Below, in pieces: positions 59,628-64,000 of a stretch of 64,000 nucleotides of DNA; positions within the stretch are counted from its first letter, which is position 1, and every line of letters starts with the position of its first letter. The notes under the pieces are model-generated. The model was given only the letters and a program-made list of their open reading frames with translations. It made no database searches and was not told where the DNA came from. The position numbers were made by a program, and so were the translations under genes. This DNA comes from a virus (taxonomy: Duplodnaviria > Caudoviricetes), in IMG/VR virus record IMGVR_UViG_3300038345_000144; one strand, given 5' to 3'.

Positions 59628-60845
59628 TTATGCTGGCTTCTTTGTGCCATCGCTATATATAGCATAAGTTGAGTAAGAACCAGGTTCATATCCGTGGTTA
59701 TCACAATATGTGTAATACTGGTCAATACAGTTTGAAGAGGAACTACCTGTTATTACAATTCCTGTAACCTTATTGCCGTCACCGTCATAAGCCGAACCTC
59801 TTAACTCATAACCTGTGATTGTAGGTGCAGGCTTCGGCGTAGGTGTCGGAGGTACAGGTGTAGGAGTAGGAGCCTGTGTCTCTGCTGTTGTAGGAGCAGG
59901 TTCAGTAGGTGCAGGCTCGGTAGGAGCAGGCTGTGTAGGTGCAGGTGCGGTTGTCTCCGTAGGTGCGGGCTGTGTAGGCTGTGTTGAACCACCATTTCCG
60001 CTACCAGATGAACCACTACCAGAACCACTGCTTCCAGAACCAGAAGAACCACTACCAGAACTGCTGGAACCTGAACCAGATGAGCCACTTCCTGAAGAAC
60101 CACTGCCAGATGAACCAGAGCCAGATGAACTTCCACTACCAGAAGAACCTGAACCAGAGGAACCGCTACCAGAAGAGGAACTTCCGCTACCAGAACTTGT
60201 AGAGCCTGATGTAGAAGAACCTGTACCAGAAGGTGTACCCTGTGGTGCTTCATAGGCTCTCTGACCAGATGCGTAATCTGCTCTTACCCAGTCAACCATA
60301 AACTGTGCGGCACTGTCATTGTTTTCATAACCAGTGTTAATAAGGGCTTCTTTGATTTCCGCATCGGACTTGCCTTGAGCAACCATATCCCAAGCCATAT
60401 TGTAGTCATATGCACATCGTTCATCTTCAGTCATTTCAGTACCACTGGAATAACCTGCCGACTGTGCCTCTGAAAGTGTCATAGCAGTAAGACCTGACTT
60501 ACCTTCGATAGCAGGGTCTCCTGCTGAATAATAACGACCACCATAGATGTAAACTACTTCTTCGGTGGTTTCATTTGTTGTTGCTGTTGTTGCTTCGGTA
60601 GACTCCGTAGGAACGGTATCTACTGTAAAAGTACCATCAGGAACAGATGACTCAACAGGTGAGGTTTCTGTCGGAACGGTATCTGCACCTGTGCTACAAG
60701 CAGTTAAGGCAATAGCAGTAAGAACAGCGATTGATGCCTTTGTAGCCATATCACCAATATGACAGCATCTTTTTCTGCCTATATTTTCGGGTGTTGCGGA
60801 GCAAAGGCTCTCACCACCGTCAATTCTTGCTCGTCTAATTTTCAT
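59628..60845 (-). CDS. lipoprotein with Ser/Gly and Pro/Thr low-complexity linkers and N-terminal Cys/His motif
   Basis: LTAC lipobox after a 32-aa Cys/His extension; long SGSG tract. Confidence 0.85.
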   Translation of the reverse strand: MKIRRARIDGGESLCSATPENIGRKRCCHIGDMATKASIAVLTAIALTACSTGADTVPTETSPVESSVPDGTFTVDTVPTESTEATTATTNETTEEVVYIYGGRYYSAGDPAIEGKSGLTAMTLSEAQSAGYSSGTEMTEDERCAYDYNMAWDMVAQGKSDAEIKEALINTGYENNDSAAQFMVDWVRADYASGQRAYEAPQGTPSGTGSSTSGSTSSGSGSSSSGSGSSGSGSSGSGSSSGSGSSGSGSSGSGSSGSGSSSSGSGSSGSGSSGSGSGSSGSGNGGSTQPTQPAPTETTAPAPTQPAPTEPAPTEPAPTTAETQAPTPTPVPPTPTPKPAPTITGYELRGSAYDGDGNKVTGIVITGSSSSNCIDQYYTYCDNHGYEPGSYSTYAIYSDGTKKPA

Positions 60846-60920
60846 TTATATCTCCTTCCGCATCAAATGAAATGTAATTTTCTTTCATTTGAGTGTAAAT
60901 GATTTTCATTTGATAATTTC

Positions 60921-60949
60921 CTTATAGCATATTTTTACTTCTTTGTAAA
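60921..60949 (-). promoter_or_regulatory. sigma70-type promoter
   Basis: TTTACA-17 nt-TATAAG with TGn. Confidence 0.6.
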
Positions 60950-61021
60950 GGGTTACAATACCCTTTTTCATATAAAATATCAGATTTTTATTATAAATAT
61001 TAGATTTATTGTTAAAAATCA

Positions 61022-61360
61022 CTATTTCATATGAAAATGGAGCCTTGAATTCACTCCATACAACTTCTTATCGTAATCTACGCTTTCAAGTGTTTTCATT
61101 TGCTGTTGGAGTTTTCGTTTCTTTTTGTTTGTTATGGCTTTCATTCTGGAAAAATACTTCTGTTGTAACTTCAAAGCGACAATATCTTTGCCAGTTTGAA
61201 TGTCAAAAGTATCTAATTCAAGACAAGTAGCCATAGCAGTAAAGGTATGGAGCGTGTCATCTATATAAATGTCGAATTTACCCAGCGTCAATTTACTTTC
61301 AGGCATAAATACAAATGTCATTTTTCCACCCAAAATATCCATTGTTTGAACCGTTTTCAT
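61022..61360 (-). CDS. phage-type hypothetical protein
   Basis: A.C...D.FD...G..I motif followed by coiled coil. Confidence 0.75.
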   Translation of the reverse strand: MKTVQTMDILGGKMTFVFMPESKLTLGKFDIYIDDTLHTFTAMATCLELDTFDIQTGKDIVALKLQQKYFSRMKAITNKKKRKLQQQMKTLESVDYDKKLYGVNSRLHFHMK

Positions 61361-61382
61361 ATATTAAAAGATATTCCTTTCT

Positions 61383-61420
61383 AAAAAAGTGTAGGGGCTA
61401 ACGCAAGCGTCAACCCCTAC
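61383..61420 (-). terminator. intrinsic terminator
   Basis: GTAGGGG..ACGC/GCGT..CCCCTAC stem then a T6 run. Confidence 0.7.
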
Positions 61421-61537
61421 TATTGGTAAATGTGGATTATACAAAAATTATGAAAATTATAAAATAGTCCAAATATGCTTATAAAGCCACCAGGCACACA
61501 CTTGGCTGATAGTATAATCCACAAAGCATTAAGCCAG

Positions 61538-62200
61538 TTAGAACCACTGTTCTTTAAGGACTTTATCGGGGTCTTTACCTACAATATTGTAGTCTGGGAG
61601 TACCAAAGGCTTATTATCATCAGTAACGATGAATTTGCCTTTTTTCATACGCTCGACCATCGGATGTACTTTGTTGCTCGCTTTCGCTCTCCTATACATT
61701 TCCAACCAGATAGCCTTTTTCCCGATTTCCGTACCACTATCAAGAAAGAGTTGGTCTTCTTCACTAATCTTTGGTGCGTCATCAGCATCGACCTGTGATT
61801 TAATAACAGGGATATTTTCGACGGGTGAAGTCGGCGTAGATACATCAACAGCAACGGACTCCGCAGTTTCCTGTGGTTGAACGACCTCTTCCTTAACGGG
61901 TTCAGTATCTTGAACCTGTGTAGGAGTTTCTTGAGGTGGTTGCGGAGGACTTTCTGCTTGAGTCGGAGTTGGAGGTATCGTATTCTCTTCTCCATTTGGT
62001 TTTGTGTTTACCGATACATTCACCTGTTTTATCTTTAACTTGATAACAGTAGGTTTCTTGACCTCATCTTCGGTCCTTTCAGGTGGTATAACTTTAGTAA
62101 CCGCTTTTTCAGGTGGAATAACTTGTATTGACGGTTCTGGCGGGGTGCTAAACACAATATCTTGTGTTTGTAACTCCTGCATAAAGTCAACTAAAGACAT
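61538..62200 (-). CDS. hypothetical protein (Pro/Glu-rich)
   Basis: AGAGG RBS, 220 aa. Confidence 0.75.
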   Translation of the reverse strand: MSLVDFMQELQTQDIVFSTPPEPSIQVIPPEKAVTKVIPPERTEDEVKKPTVIKLKIKQVNVSVNTKPNGEENTIPPTPTQAESPPQPPQETPTQVQDTEPVKEEVVQPQETAESVAVDVSTPTSPVENIPVIKSQVDADDAPKISEEDQLFLDSGTEIGKKAIWLEMYRRAKASNKVHPMVERMKKGKFIVTDDNKPLVLPDYNIVGKDPDKVLKEQWF

Positions 62201-62245
62201 TTATTATTCCTCCTTTAATATATAAGTTCCCTAATCAATCTGTTT

Positions 62246-62608
62246 TTACTGTTGAGCCATAAGGTTCTCGACATTAGCGTGTACCGTATAAACCGTCTGA
62301 ATTCTTGAAATGATGGTCTTGAGTTGGTCTATCAGTTCAGGGGCTTCTAACTCCTGACCACGATACTTGACCAACCCTTGCTCATCAATAGAAAATACAA
62401 CAGATGGTTGACCGTCCTTGTCGAGACAGATGGCTTGATAGTCACAACATTCATCTTGGTAATTGTCGTTTGTAACAAGAACATCGTCTTCTGATATAGG
62501 TTCAATTATTTCAGACCAATCAGGGGAAGAGATGTTACGCATAGTAATTACCTGATTATCTAACTTTGAGAGCATCAAAGTTAATTCTTGGGCTAAATTA
62601 TTATACAT
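62246..62608 (-). CDS. hypothetical protein
   Basis: GAGGAG RBS, 120 aa. Confidence 0.75.
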   Translation of the reverse strand: MYNNLAQELTLMLSKLDNQVITMRNISSPDWSEIIEPISEDDVLVTNDNYQDECCDYQAICLDKDGQPSVVFSIDEQGLVKYRGQELEAPELIDQLKTIISRIQTVYTVHANVENLMAQQ

Positions 62609-62627
62609 AACGAATTCTCCTCTCTAA

Positions 62628-62969
62628 TTACTGACCGTCGATAATTTCACCAACATTATCATTAACGGCATCGACACCCTTCTGTCCGAGGTCCTTTGCA
62701 GTATTACCAAGTGTCTGATAGTTCTGTGCCAAGAAGATAATACCAATCATAAGGATGAGGAAAAGAGCCTTACCGATAATACCGAGTACGGAACCTGAAC
62801 CTGAACCCTTTGCGAAGGCAATACCTTCCTTAACGATTGCATAGATGAGGAAAGCCGCAACCAGACCACCACCGATAGTAGCCGCCCACTTAACAAGGTT
62901 TTGGACAATCTCTGAACCTTCTGCAAAAACTACCATAAAAGGTAAAAGTTTTGATAAAATTGCTTCCAT
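62628..62969 (-). CDS. pilin/TcpD-like small two-TM protein
   Basis: Short leader and two hydrophobic helices separated by KEGIAFAKGSG. Confidence 0.55.
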   Translation of the reverse strand: MEAILSKLLPFMVVFAEGSEIVQNLVKWAATIGGGLVAAFLIYAIVKEGIAFAKGSGSGSVLGIIGKALFLILMIGIIFLAQNYQTLGNTAKDLGQKGVDAVNDNVGEIIDGQ

Positions 62970-62984
62970 TTTTCAATTCCTCCT

Positions 62985-63518
62985 TTAGAATTTGTCCTGC
63001 ATATAGTCGAATACTATCTGCATTTGATTTTTGTTGAAACCGTATAATGAATATCCTGACTTACGCAAATCATCAATGATGTCGTTTGCCAGTTTACTCA
63101 TAATCGGGTCATACTGTTTCGTAGAAGAGTTGTCCTGCTGTGGAGCCGACTCCTTCTGTACTGTCGTTTCTTTTCTCGGTCTACCCGCACGACTCTTCTT
63201 CTTATTATTATTAAATAGTCCTTCCTGTGACGGTTGTGTTACAGACGGTGCTTCTGGTACTTTGGTATCTACCGCAACCGCTTCTCCCTCCGTCGCAAGG
63301 GGGGCTACTTCTGACTCTGGAGTATCAAGAGTAATCTCCTGAATTCCTGTGCTTGAAAGCAGTGCATCTTTGGACTCTGCTGACATTTCAGAGAAAATAT
63401 CCTCATTTTCCTGTGCTGATGTCATCTGCTCCTCTAAAGTATAAGTTGACTTTGGGGTATCGTCCAAAGCCTCTTGAGCGATACCTTCAAGTCTTGAAAG
63501 TGCATCTTCTCTACCCAT
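62985..63518 (-). CDS. hypothetical protein with AT-hook-like GRP motif
   Basis: KKKSRAGRPRK. Confidence 0.7.
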   Translation of the reverse strand: MGREDALSRLEGIAQEALDDTPKSTYTLEEQMTSAQENEDIFSEMSAESKDALLSSTGIQEITLDTPESEVAPLATEGEAVAVDTKVPEAPSVTQPSQEGLFNNNKKKSRAGRPRKETTVQKESAPQQDNSSTKQYDPIMSKLANDIIDDLRKSGYSLYGFNKNQMQIVFDYMQDKF

Positions 63519-63524
63519 AATAAT

Positions 63525-64000
63525 TTACTCTCCTTTGTTCTTATTGCGTGGTTTAATAAGATTGCTAAATGTTGTAGGTTCGTCCTTTTGTGGAGGATTA
63601 TCTCCACCTGCAACCTTTAACTTCAAAGGTGTAGAAATCTTATTCGGTTTAGGTACAGGGACATTAGAACCGCCTGACGGGTCTCTACCACTTAAGGTAG
63701 GAACTCTATCGAATATAGCCGAAGCCTGTTCCATAGAAGCATCTGGATATTCTGCAAGAGACATCTGCATCTTGAGTGCCTGATACTCTGTCTGAAGGGA
63801 CATTTCGTTGGCTTTCGCCTTGTTGTACTCTTCCTTCAACTTCATATTATCTTTGGTAAGATTACTGATTTCATCTTCCAAACCCAAGATAATCTTATCG
63901 ACATCTTCAGGGTAATATCCATAAGGGGCTGATACACGAATACCAAGCCTTTTTGCTACTTCAGATAATTCCTGCTCGAATTTTTCAGCCAATTTACGAG
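63525..64000 (-). CDS. DivIVA-domain-containing protein (5'-partial)
   Basis: GYYPEDVDKII..LE.EI..L..DN.KLKEE; frame remains open past the window end. Confidence 0.65.
   Translation of the reverse strand, partial: RKLAEKFEQELSEVAKRLGIRVSAPYGYYPEDVDKIILGLEDEISNLTKDNMKLKEEYNKAKANEMSLQTEYQALKMQMSLAEYPDASMEQASAIFDRVPTLSGRDPSGGSNVPVPKPNKISTPLKLKVAGGDNPPQKDEPTTFSNLIKPRNKNKGE

Larger units (their letters stand above)
1..64000 (-). mobile_element. segment of a giant Firmicutes conjugative plasmid or phage-plasmid-like element
   Basis: Single-strand gene orientation, mostly ORFans, conjugation ATPases, own sigma factor and RNR, no core housekeeping operons. Confidence 0.7.

Noticed and set aside
59990-60200. 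Tandem-repeat-like DNA
   Set aside because: Explained by Ser/Gly linker coding in the lipoprotein.
61431-61523. DnaA boxes / replication origin
   Set aside because: Only two sites with one mismatch (TAATCCACA); no box cluster or rep gene nearby.
103-63783. Plus-strand ORFs and nested minus-strand ORFs in the track (e.g. 605-934, 7370-7888, 57740-58330)
   Set aside because: They are shadows of longer RBS-bearing minus-strand genes, often over low-complexity linkers.
1-64000. Phage structural module or alternative genetic code
   Set aside because: No capsid, portal, terminase or tail motifs were recognised, and genes tile densely in the standard code.

Overview
A gene-dense 64 kb segment of a large Firmicutes (Clostridia-like) extrachromosomal element, most likely a giant conjugative plasmid or phage-plasmid. 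No capsid, terminase, rRNA, tRNA or CRISPR is visible, and essentially every real gene is on the minus strand. Read from high to low coordinates it carries: a DivIVA-like protein and a pilin/TcpD-like protein; lipoproteins; a 3203-aa sortase-anchored adhesin; a conjugation-like module (TcpC-like, C39-like peptidase, VirB6-like, Replic_Relax-type relaxase, signal peptidase I, VirD4-like ATPase); nrdD and nrdG; a truncated FtsK-like ATPase; a SpoVK/EccA-type AAA protein; sortase B; an RpoD-like sigma factor; two HD alarmone-hydrolase-like proteins; an ADP-ribosylglycohydrolase; and many small phage-like hypothetical genes. The main finding is an FtsK/TcpA-like ATPase broken inside its Walker A motif by an intein that appears split into THREE genes over about 9 kb. 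These are a 16-aa IntN at the end of the N-extein (15727-16524), a free-standing Hint-core protein behind the sigma gene (13098-13586), and a 40-aa IntC at the start of the C-extein (7348-8922). Splicing would regenerate GGTG|SGKS. Other findings include a promoter-driven, highly structured ncRNA candidate (about 19490-19750) and an oriented 17-bp motif repeated about 10 times. All calls come from reading motifs by eye; no searches were run.
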